From: Antedon mediterranea
Lineage: Eukaryota; Animalia; Echinodermata
Direction of reading: 5' to 3'
NCBI RefSeq assembly: GCF_964355755.1
Contig: NC_092677.1
Coordinates: 1,634,101 to 1,698,100 of the forward strand
Length of the DNA stretch: 64,000 nucleotides
This document shows positions 51,801 through 63,100 of the stretch, in pieces. The notes below the pieces were generated by a model. That model saw only the letters and a list, made by a program, of their open reading frames with translations. It searched no databases and had not been told where the DNA came from. Numbering within the stretch: the stretch's first letter is position 1; every line of letters starts with the position of its first letter. A program made the translations under genes and the position numbers.

Positions 51801-54800
51801 AAAAAAATAAAAAAAAAACAATCATACAAATTCCTGACAAATAAAATACAATTTCTGTTGAGGGTCTCCATCCGTTCTCGTTCTGTCGCGGTCCCGGATC
51901 CCTATCTAGGTTAAGAAACCTCATGATTTCCATATGCCTTAATGAATAAATGTGTTTTTAATCATTTTTAAAAAGTATCAACAGTTTTGCAAAATCGTAT
52001 AGAGCTCGGTAGAACATTCCATAGACGAGGAGCATCCTATGAATACATATAGACTTATGCATCACATGAATACACTAACTATCTGACTACTACTTGCTAA
52101 ATATGCAATTTAATTTGAAATAGTTGTGTCTACATAAAGTAAAGCTTGGTTCCCACTAGAACGTAACGCAAGGACGTAAACGCAACGCAAGCGTTTTAAC
52201 CAATGACAAGCGAAGTTATAGACAGTTAGCAATCACAAGCGAATAAGCCATCGCTTGTGATTGGTCAATTCACTTGCGTTGCGTTACGTCCTTGCGTTGC
52301 GTCGCTAGTGGGAACTACGCTTAAGAGAACGACAATTTAATTGACTGCTATAATACCGAGATAACGTACCTGTATGACGTCATATTAGCTGATGATTCTC
52401 GATGATATGGAAACAATCTCACTTTAAAAAGAATACAAATTTGATTACCGAAAGTTCAATTAATCAAGTTCAAAGTATACGAAAGTATAATCAAGTATCT
52501 AACAGAATTGATTACCTGGTAACGTGAGTACACTATCCCCAAACGAGGAAGTTCCGTTACTCTTTCTGATGACCTCGCATTCATAACAGCCCTCGTCACC
52601 AGAAACGGGATCTCTGATTCTTAGACGTCCTATTCCAGACGAATGTACTGCATAGAATCTGTCGCTACGACACGGCTTGTTACTGGAGACTAGAAAAACT
52701 TTAGTGCCCTGTGGAGTGATCTTGTGCCAGTTCATGTTGGAAACCGTTTCGTGTTTTGGGGTGTACCTACAGATGATATCAACACTTCTATCTTTGATTT
52801 CAAACGCGTTCACGTCGTCAACTGACACCACAATTTTTGCTGAAATGACCCGACAAAAAATCTTTAGAAACACCACGAAAACGCGCGCATAAATACTGAT
52901 ACATTTAGCACGCGTGCGCGCGCCAACTTTGTGTAGTATCATTTACTTTACAATTCTCACTCCTGAGGACGATCAAATCATATTGATCAAGACGTCGAGA
53001 AACTCAACAGTTCTTTTCAGAACTAACATACGTGGTGTACAACAAACATATCAACATTTGATTTCGCCATGCAAACCTTCAAACAATATATCATTACGAT
53101 TTCACATGACGATTTTGGACACGAACAAAAATCAAAATACTATACTTAAGCATTCATCATGAAGTGTGTTGCTAAATTATAGGACATATTGGGTTAAAGT
53201 TTCTGGTCACGTGAAACTTATTTGTAAACCTTTAATCTTAACGGTAGTCTAACTACAAACGACAAACTACTTACGAGCTACAGTAAATGTGGTGGACACC
53301 TTAGCCGTCACGAGTCCAGTCGTAAACACATAACATGTGTAGTTCCCCGAATCTTCTATTTTGACATTAGAAATGTTAAGACCACCAGATCCTTCGTTTA
53401 TAAAAGCTTTGTACTTTCCTTTAAAATAATACATATTATTCCTTCCATGCTAAACATTTCTACATTATCCTTTACGTTTTATTCCTTTTCAGCCTTATTC
53501 GATGATTACTCTAATTTATATTACTATCTAGTGTAGAGGTTAATTCGATTGAATCATGAATTAATTTGATTGTTAGGTCCTATATGTAGTTCTTACTCTA
53601 TTATTATACGAATCCAATTAACAAATCCCTTCTTCTCATTTTTATTAGAGCTCGACTTCAATGATTCTAGGCAGGTAAATGTCGAATCTTTGTCGAACCA
53701 CATACTAGTTATAACGTGTCATATTATGTGTCTACTGGTACAGTTGTGTATTTTTAACAGGCTGATTTAATATACAAAATTTAAAAACGTACCTTTATTT
53801 ATCTTCAGATTTTTAGTACAATCCAGATATCCGGGGGCTTTTCGCTTAAAAAGAGAGAGATGATAATTAAGTTGGTACAATGTGTAGGCTTAAGTATGTA
53901 TTAAGTGAGTAGGCCTATAGTAAGCATTGCAACTTTAAAAAGGAGCTAGTAACAGAAATAGTCTACTGTCGCCCAGCGGTTAGAATGATTCCACAAACAA
54001 ATATAAATACTACAAAGCATAAAATGAGGTTTTATGGTGACCAGTGGTGACCAGTGGTGACCAGTGGTGACCAGCGGTCATCAGTGGGGCAACAATGAAT
54101 GGGTTTCTTTGTCACCTTCTCTTTCTTCTCAACAGTAGCACATTTGTTAACTATGGTATAGACGGGCTCGTTGCTACTTGATGATGACGACGACGACGAC
54201 GCGGTGTTATTAGAGCACATTATCAGGCCGGTACCTCCACGTTTGAACTTCAGCGTGTTAATTTTCATCATCCGATCTTCTTTGTCATTCGTCGCCAAAC
54301 TTTCAATAAGAAATGACAAATTCATCGTGATAAGTGACACTTTTGTTTCATTCTTATACGACATAATAGTTATCGTTTTATCTGTATTTTTTTTAATCAA
54401 ATATACTCTTTTTTATTTTGTATTTATCCGGTTAAAACTTGTAGGCCTACGTGAACCTGATGAGGAACATGATCTATGTAAATACTAATGTCCAATACAT
54501 TAGGTTACTTCTGATAGGGTTGAGAGAACTAACATGAATGTATTCATGAGCATTTTATTACAGACAAATAAAAATACATTCATTGTGCTTTATATTCCAA
54601 ATAAACCATCATCACTAAATAAGTCAGGTTTCTAGTTAGTATGAGACTAATTTGTAAATAAGTAAATGATACTTTGACATTTTAAGGAATCGTTTTATCA
54701 AAAGTCAAACAAAGGAATCAGGATGCACAAAATGCGGAAATCAGAAGAAAATAACAAAACTGAAAGTCGCCAAATGGGAAAGCAAAACTTTGATTACAGT

Positions 54801-56471
54801 TTGTATATTACACGCGCCGAAAACGAATCAATGATACCCGCTAGAAAATGTTTACAAATATAATAAGGTAAGATAATATTCAGGGTAAAATATTCATTCC
54901 CCACTAGATTACAATTGAATTCATTAGTTTAAAGTAACTTTTCTTTTACGTCAACTATGAAAAATACTTACTCAGCGTCTTGTGACTTAACGGGTTCATC
55001 TACAAAATAAATATACAGTAGTAGCCTAACAGTACTATGATTTTACAATAATAACAAAGATGATGATGCTAACGATGATGATGGTCCCACCCTAGAATGA
55101 TGATAATGATTTGATGACAGTCAATACAATGATTATGATGATGGTGATGATTATTATGATAATGATGGTGATGATGTTATGATGATGATGACGATGATTA
55201 TGATTATGACGATGATGATGATAATGATGATAATGATGATGATGATTATGATAATGGTGTTGATGATATAAATGATGATGATAATGATGATTATGATGAT
55301 GGACATAGTGGTGAAGGATTTATCTGATGACGAGACGATGATAATGATGTCATAATCGCCTTACCGACTGAAGGACTAACATTCGCATAGGCTGCTTCAT
55401 CCTCGATAGGCCTGTAGGACATTCTGTTATCATTCGCATAGATTGCATTCTCTAAATCTACCTCATTTGTTCTGGAAATAAAATGTTAACAAATTGTAGT
55501 AAATACAGTATTATTCTAATTGAAACATAGAACATCGTGAGCATGTGATCGTGAGCATGTGATCGTACATTCTTTTTAAGATTAATGTTCTTACCTTCTG
55601 TTTTCCCTAGTTTCATTGATTTCTGTTTTGGAAAAAAAAATAAACTTTTTAACAGAATGCTATAAGGGTATTGGATTAAAAATTAAAAAGGACAATTATT
55701 AGGCCTATTACATTTTACTTTTCTATACTAAACGTCAACACTTGACAATATTACATTTTATTTTTCTTTAACAAAACATTACCATTATTTGAGTCGTTGA
55801 ATGGAATCTCCGCTAATATATCACCAATGGGCTTGCCGACGTCATCGGTTCGATACCACCGCATGTATGAGAAAACTTGGTTTGGTGGTGTTAACGTACA
55901 CTTGATGGTCGCATTGGAATCCTCCTCAGCTACGGTGCTTTCTAACACTAATGTGACGCCCGTATTCTTTACTTTGAATAAACCTACTCATAAAGTTGAA
56001 TTACAGAATGTGTATGAAGCGCAAGAAGGGACGAATAAGATGAAGAATGGAGGTAAAAGAGTGGATATAGAAATACAGAGTAGGCCTACTAATGTACAAA
56101 TGCGATTAGTATATTCATTGATAATGAAACGTAATTATTAGGCCTACAGATTCAAACAATTTTGTGCGACCTTAACTAATATAATAGTGTCTAGGTACTT
56201 GATTTTGTTTCTACTGACTAAAAGGCTAACAGACATATTTTTCTATAAAAAACAAAATACTACTGTACAATGTATTTTAACGCATATTTCAACAACCCAC
56301 TCACAAAGATCGAACGTAACGATACACACACCCTTTTTTCATGAGCGACAAATAAATAATTAAGTATGCATGCTTACCTTTTGTAGCGCACACTAATAAT
56401 GCAGATATAATGATGAACACGGATATGAAGACAAGAAGAACCGACGAGTAGATATCAGTACTGTAGTCCAT
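48862..56471 (-). CDS. Membrane-anchored protein: N-terminal TM, split IgV with Tyr-motif insert, IgV, GH33 sialidase-like (NEU2/3/4-type) domain predicted inactive
   Basis: Exons: 56378-56471 (MDYSTDIYSSVLLVFISVFIIISALLVCATK), 55783-55983, 55595-55622, 55365-55471, 54972-54999, 54116-54299, 53793-53844, 53275-53418, 52516-52839, 52370-52421, 51449-51697, 50900-51144, 50366-50473, 49791-49990, 48862-49197. Sialidase motifs: SYRRPALV, IAFCEKR, ENPVPIV, Asp-box-like STNGARTWS and SKDGFNTWS, GHGIKLSTGTLIV, GSSDLA, FACLYE. Confidence 0.82.
49480..49788 (-). mobile_element. L2-clade LINE 3' fragment
   Basis: ITFKSLHDKSPLYISNLI ... AFAVAAPKLWNNL, the same ORF2 C-terminal motifs as 21950-22755. Confidence 0.75.
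51745..52037 (-). mobile_element. L2-like LINE 3' remnant
   Basis: APRLWNVLPSSIR...FKTHLF on the - strand, plus an L2-type tail (gcgccttgagcac...gcgctataaaaat). Confidence 0.6.
52142..52323. mobile_element. Palindromic MITE
   Basis: aagcttggttcccactagaacgtaacgcaaggacgtaa at the left, ttacgtccttgcgttgcgtcgctagtgggaactacgctt at the right. Confidence 0.75.
55055..55350. repeat. (GAT)n degenerate intronic microsatellite
   Basis: Long gatgatgat tract. Confidence 0.85.
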
Positions 56472-57119
56472 TTTGTGTTGTCACAAGTAACATTTAGTTA
56501 CCAAACAGTTTTGCAAAACTTTCAAAACAAGTAGTTCATCAAATAATGGAAAAAGCAGCCAAACGCTTACAGATAAATTGTCACAGTACGAAATTGCGAT
56601 GCATACGGGAATAACTGAAATACTTGTTTCTGTTTGTAATCGACTGATACTTACATTAATAGACAAGATGAAAACAAAACCTGCCATGAAACTAAATTAG
56701 TTATGAATAATAATATAACAAACAAAACTAAACGGTTTATATCATATCACTATAATAATTTAAACAAAGGAAAAGTGAAAAATAATTTCTGTTGTCAATG
56801 TCCTTGTAAAAACCACTTTAAATGGATTTCGACCAAATATTCACCATAGATAGACCTTAGTCCACGGTAGAATCCATTAAATGTTGACCCCTGCCACAGT
56901 TTGCAACACTCGGATTGCACTTTTACTTTTATTTTTTACCATTTGTATGGTTTTACCAATTGTTTACGAGCAAACTAATTTGCATGGTGGTGTACCAAAA
57001 ATAACAATAACAATACATCTACTTCTATTTTATGTTTTATTTGACAATAACATTTATTTTGTCAATAGTTTAACACAGCTGTAATATTACATTTGAACTT
57101 AAAATCTGTTGATATGAAT

Positions 57120-57285
57120 GAGAGATAGGGTGGTCATCTCATGAGAGGTAGGTGTGGTCATCTCATGAGAGGTAGGCAGGGCCATCTCATGCGAGGTAGA
57201 GTGGCCATCTCATGAGAGATATGCGTGGCCATCTCATAATATAGGCATGGCTATCTCATGAGCAATAGAAATGGTCACCTCAGCA
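57120..57285. repeat. Degenerate ~23-bp minisatellite (gtggtcatctcatgagaggtagg)
   Basis: About 7 diverged copies downstream of MRPL40. Confidence 0.7.
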
Positions 57286-57533
57286 GACCACCTTAAAAAA
57301 TCTTTAACTACCTAACTTACAACCTGAAAATGAGGAATCACCATCCTGCTAGTAAATGAATACATCAACTATTGTAATTTCAGACACACTTTAAATGGTG
57401 AAAAATGATTCTCCACCAGGATGCATTTTGAAACAGTAGACAAAATGTTTTGAAAGAGTTAAAAATAGTGACTATGGTAATCTTGAAAATAAAGTGAATT
57501 ATACTATTTGCATTCTTGAAAATAAAGTGAATA

Positions 57534-59914
57534 TTACTTGTATTCTTTGGTAATATCCACATATTGTCCGTCTGGGCATTGGTGGTAATAATCAACTATA
57601 GGTGGCGTTTCCGTTGGGCCATACAAAACCAACGAGGACATCAGGTTATTATCTCTTTTTAAGGCAAGTTCATACAGTTCTTCAGATTCATATCTCAATT
57701 CTTCCAGTGCTTTTTGTTGCGATTTTCGCATAGAATCAATATATTTCATGTCTTCGCAGTGTTGTTCTAACTTGAACTTTGACCAGGCCTTTTGTAGCAA
57801 CGCACGTCTTTCATTCTCTTCGTACGTTATTTCTGGTAAATTTCTCTTCCTGAAATCAATATAATTTAGAGATTATACCAAAAATTATGATAATAATTTA
57901 ATGTTTAAACAAATGCAACAATCAGTTTTTAATAAACCCAAGATTGCCTAAACTACTAACATATAAAGTTAAGCTTTTTCTTAAAGAGTGCAATTGTTGA
58001 GCGATGTGATATGATAGACATATGAACACAAACAATTAACACCAAGCTTTAGTTGCGAATAACAGCTCTGTTCTGTTTGGGTTTTAAAATCCAATTAATT
58101 CTATTATAATATATTGTACCTTTTTTCTTGCGTTAGTTTTCGTTCTACGCTAAATTCTGCTATTGGTTTCAATTCAGCAGCTCCCATCTTGTTTTGAACT
58201 TTCTTTAATCTTTTTATCATACGCTGTTTTCTCATAATGTCCAACCTAGGATCAGCCCTCTTTTTTTTCTTTGGAGGTTCTGCACTATATATTCAAACAA
58301 ATTATTATTATTACTACATAAATTAAAAAACATCTGTTCAAATAAAATAATTTAATAATTATATTTTTATTTATTTAGCCCTATACTACTAATTGTCTAG
58401 AAAATATTCAGTTTTAAAAAATACAGTAAAAGTGAGGATTTATAATCTCAAAAATCTTTGTATAATTATAATGAAAAAAGTCCTATAATTCTATATATAT
58501 CCACTATACGACCCCCGGGAGAGGTGCGTCATGGGTGAGTCATTTAAAAATAATTGCTGACACAGGGGTGCGTTAAAAAACCTAGATGGTACGTCAAATC
58601 AATGACCAATGGTGTGTCAATGTCCGTCACTTTACCACTTAAAATATCATAAAAAATATGGTCACAGTGAGTCAAAATGGGTGCGTCATGGTCACCTAAA
58701 GGTAAGTCACATTATTGACGCATGGGTGCGTCATGGTATTCATAAGGTATGACGCACATCGGACAAATGACGCACCTCTCCCGGGGGTCGTATGGTGGGT
58801 CATACAATTCAATCAATCAATCAATCAAATAAACATTTATTTCTTTCATATTCATATTTGAGTAAAACATTATAATTTCTGATATTTTATATATAAATAT
58901 TTTTTTTTAGAGATACAGTATAATACAGTAAATCATAATGTATAAAAAAAGATGATTCAGTTATATAAAAAATGAAAGAGGCAAAAAAACCCAAGAAAGT
59001 ATCGATCTATTGGAAACAAAAATCCAATTAAAAACTTGTATGTTGGGAAGCCATGTAAGAAAATTATATACTTATTATATATATAATATAACTACACATA
59101 TTGACAAGTGCAATAGTCAGAACAACTATCTAGGGCCTACTACTTGCCTAGTACTACTAAAAAAGTATACTTACTTGAGAATTTGTGTAAAACGGAATGC
59201 TAAACCTCCTGTTTGTGTATGAAAATGGCTCCCAGAAAAACTTGGTAAACCATGTGCAACTCTAAATAAAACATTACGAAGTTTTTAAATTTTTGAATGG
59301 TTACGAAAATATAGATCGCCACTCCTTTTTTAAATTAGCATCTGAAGTTGGTCCAAATATCACTCGAGGCTCAACTTTTAAATTAAAGAAACCTAGATGG
59401 AACTCAACTAAACGGAATAATTTTTTTGATACTAGAGTAATTAACAACAAGTGGAACTCGCTGCCCGAATCTGTTGTCAATAATACTAAAATAGCAAGAG
59501 TGTAAATTCATTCAAAAACAAACTTGACAAATACACACACATATGAGAGAAGAGGCTCCCTACGAGTTTAAAAACTCATTGCCTCTTAACTTTACTAAAG
59601 GTAAGAATTGTTTTAATAAATTGGTTGTCGGGGGCCAATACTATCTTATTGGGACGAAACGACCTCATATTAATTGATATGATGATATGGTACATTTTCT
59701 TCCGCAAAATAGATACCGTATTGTAAATCGCCGCCTATTTACGCTAGGCCTGCCGATTGAGTATGTACTATTCTTCAATTTTACTTATCAAAACGTAATT
59801 GATTTTTATAAAATTACTTAGGTATCTTCACTTAAATAAATTCATTTGGTTGTATTTAACATTTCTACAATACCTAGCAGAATTTAGTAGGATCTTTGAA
59901 ATAAAAGATGCCAT
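57534..59914 (-). CDS. MRPL40: Mitochondrial large-subunit ribosomal protein mL40
   Basis: Exons: 59874-59914 (MASFISKILLNSAR, presequence-like), 59175-59261, 58120-58284 (AEPPKKKKRADP...ELKPIAEF), 57534-57849 (EENERRALLQKAW...QQKALEELRYESEELY...GPTETPPIVDY...PDGQYVDITK). These motifs match MRPL40. Confidence 0.93.
58501..58799. mobile_element. MITE with ~30-bp TIRs and internal gtgcgtca repeats
   Basis: ccactatacgacccccggggagaggtgcgtcat at the left, atgacgcacctctcccgggggtcgtatggtgg at the right. Confidence 0.8.
59278..59545 (+). mobile_element. CR1-clade LINE 3' fragment in MRPL40 intron 1
   Basis: VFKFLNGYENID..FF...TRGSTFKLKK...RNNFFDTRVIN.KWNSLPESVV. Confidence 0.85.
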
Positions 59915-60106
59915 GCTTTTAAGCCACAGGCGAAACCGGTCTCCTCTCTAGCCTCGATGAGTAGACTTTCTTACAGACGTAGTCGAGTCAAGCTAACCTC
60001 TTTGCCTACAAATTTGGTATATTTTTGTTGGCCCCAGCAACATTACGCTAAAACTTCTGTCTCTTCTCTGCGCCTGATGTATCTTGTTTTTTTGTGGCAA
60101 ATTTAG
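59915..60106. promoter_or_regulatory. Probable bidirectional promoter between MRPL40 and CCDC191
   Basis: The divergent start codons are only ~190 bp apart, and local GC/CpG content is higher. Confidence 0.6.
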
Positions 60107-63100
60107 ATGTCTAATCCGAATTCTGACGTTTACAAATGGAGGCGATGGTCCTCAAAACCTTCAATTGCTCATGTATGTAATATTCCAGACCTTGTTTTTA
60201 GTGTAGGATCTGGGAGTTAATTAATCGTGGATCCTAGCTAGCTACGCTAGCTGTCTATAGGCCTGGCCCTAGGCTAGTAGGCCTAGGCCTAGCTATGCCT
60301 AGGCTAGGCCTACTACTAGCCTAGAGGCTAGGCCTAGTAGGCCTAGCCTACTACCGTAGTAGGTAGGCCTGACTAGGCTAGCTAGGCCTGCTCTACTCAC
60401 TACGGGAATCCCTCACTACTAGGCCCAGCCTAGTAGTACTAAAGTCGCCCCATCGCAAAGTCGCCCCATACAAGGTCGCCCCATTGCAAAGTTGCCCCAA
60501 CGCAAAGTCGCCCCATCGCAAAGTTGCCCACGGTTGGTTTAATTACGGTATGAAGCGGCACCATTTTAATCATATCGGTTGCGTTTGATATCGATCGCGT
60601 TGTTACTTTGGTCATTATAATGTTTATCCTACATAATTTGTGTTTTAATTTTTATTTTACAGGTTTTAATGGAGTGATGTGCTTTTAAATATCATTAAAA
60701 AATAGTTCCTTGTTTGAAAGTTCTAAAAAGATTATCCCTCATTTATAGTTTCGAAAATGTTAATTTAATATGATTTTAAAATTAGTTACCAGAGCCACAA
60801 TTACGAATCTTTCTTCAACCTACAAGTCGATACCAGCTCAGCTCAACTGTACAAATTGTTCAAATTTCGCACAACAACCCACGCAAATCTAGCCCGAGCC
60901 TATATGTAAATTTAACAATAATAAAAGAAATTGGTTAGCTTTGAAATAGTCCTAGATAAATAATTTTTCATTTTGTAATTTTACTCCTTTTTTACTTCCA
61001 TGCAGACACAAGAGAAAAGAGAAGATGACATCCAACACTGGATAAAGGCAAGCCATTTAAAGGCGAGCCATTTAAAGGCGAGCCATTTAAAGGCGAGCCA
61101 TTTAAAGGCGAGCCATTTAAAGGCGAGCCATTTAAAGGCGAGCCATTTAAAGGCGAGCCATTTAAGGCGAGCCATTTAAAGGCGAGCCATTTAAAGGCGA
61201 GCCATTTAAAGGCGAGCCATTTAAAGGCGAGCCATTTAAAGGCAACAAGCCATTTAAAGGCGAGCCATTTAAAGGCGAGCCATTTAAAGGCGAGCCATTT
61301 AAAGGCGAGCCATTTAAAGGCGAGCCATTTAAAGGCGAGCCATTTAAAGGCGAGCCATTTAAAGGCGAGCCATTTAAAGGCGAGCCATTTAAAGGCGAGC
61401 CATTTAAAGGCAAGCCATTTAAAGGCAAGCCATTTAAAGGCAAGCCATTTAAAGGCAAGCCATTTAAATTAATTTTGCAAAATATATATAATGATCAGTC
61501 CATTTTATTTGGATAGATCATTAAGGTTTAAAAAAAACTTGAATGGTGTTCCATTATTTTAACAACTTTACCCTTTAATACATACAGCTTTTGCAACTTG
61601 TTAGTAATGATTTTTAACATTAATAACTTGTAACATTAATGTTTTGTAACATTGTGTTTTAGAAAGTAGAAGCAGCATCTGATCAAGCAGCTGCTATCAC
61701 ATTTGGACAATCACAAAAGTATCCAATAAAAAGTGGTCATGGGAATGCCATGGCAACAATTGCTGCTTTACAGGATAATAATGAGGCACAAACTGAAGGT
61801 AAGTAGCATTATCGTCTTGGTAGGTACTAGTATATTCACATTGTGAGGCAGTATGCTCATTGTAGTAGTATGCTCATCTTCGGAAGTAGTGTGTTCATTA
61901 AGTAGTATGTTCAGCTTGTGAGGTAGAATATTCATCGTGTTAATGTTAGGTACAGTAGCTTCAAAGTGTTGAAAGCAACTATATAAATTCAATTTTTTTT
62001 CTATTTTCAGTTTAATTAAATTTTTTTCTCTTTAAAATGACAGCACAGGATCTTTTAAACCAATGGATGGTAGAGAAGTTAAAAATCGATGACTCAGATT
62101 TAAGGTTTGATGATGAAGAGGAGGAGTTGTTGAAAGGATGTAATGGGATAAATGAACCAAAGAAAACAGACCTAGAAACAATACTGAATGTGGACTTCAG
62201 TGAATCTAGTTTGTTTGATCCGTACGATGGTCTAAAATCTGAAGGTACGTTTATCCTTAATACAAACGGGAGAATTTACTTTTTTGTTAAACCAAAAACA
62301 CAATATGCAGTCAATATGTAGAAATACCTACAAGACATTTCGTTGACATGATTCAACAAAAAAGTAAATATTCCAGTTTGTATTGAATTTGGAACCAGAT
62401 GAACTTATTCAATGATATGATTAATATTTATTTATTCCAATTCTAGAAAAAAAATAACAAAATATCATTGTGAAAACAGAAATCAATCAATAAAATGATG
62501 TGCACATATTTACATTGAATATTTTTTTTTATTTACTGTATAATTACTATTTTATGAGTTTCAGATATATTTAATGAAATTGACAGCAGAGATGAACATG
62601 AAACGGTTCAAGGAATCTTAGAAAGCATGTTAAACCAGGAGTTTGTTGAAAAATCATTTAAAAAGCAGAACCTTGGATTGGAAAAGAAACACAAAGATCC
62701 AAAAACAACAATGCAAGCACGACAAAATCAAGTAAGTCTTTACTTAGTGAGTTATTGAGTACATGTATATTCTAGACTAGTGGTTGTACAGTACCAGTAT
62801 TCACCGTTCAAACAGTTAACACTTAAAATTTACCAAATGTCCTATTCTAAATCCTCAAATATTTATTGATTTTAGTGGAATACAGTACTTAGTAGTTAAG
62901 GGAAACATCTTTCTTACTTAAGTATGTCCTTAAGTTTCTACAGTAAAATATTATTTTGAATTTTGAAGGTCAGAGCAAATAGATTGAAAAGACGGCAAGA
63001 AAAAGAGGAAAAGCAAAAAATACTTCAAGCCAAGAAATATGCACAGTTCCAGGCAAAACAAATTGTTTTAAAGGATGAACAAGAGAAGAAAATGAAGTCT

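Noticed and set aside
55055-55350. Poly-Asp or poly-Ile/Ser coding tract
   Set aside because: It is a GAT microsatellite between well-defined exons 55365-55471 and 54972-54999.
60981-61458. - strand ORFs (KWLAF)n and (NGSPL)n
   Set aside because: They are minisatellite translations antisense to CCDC191.
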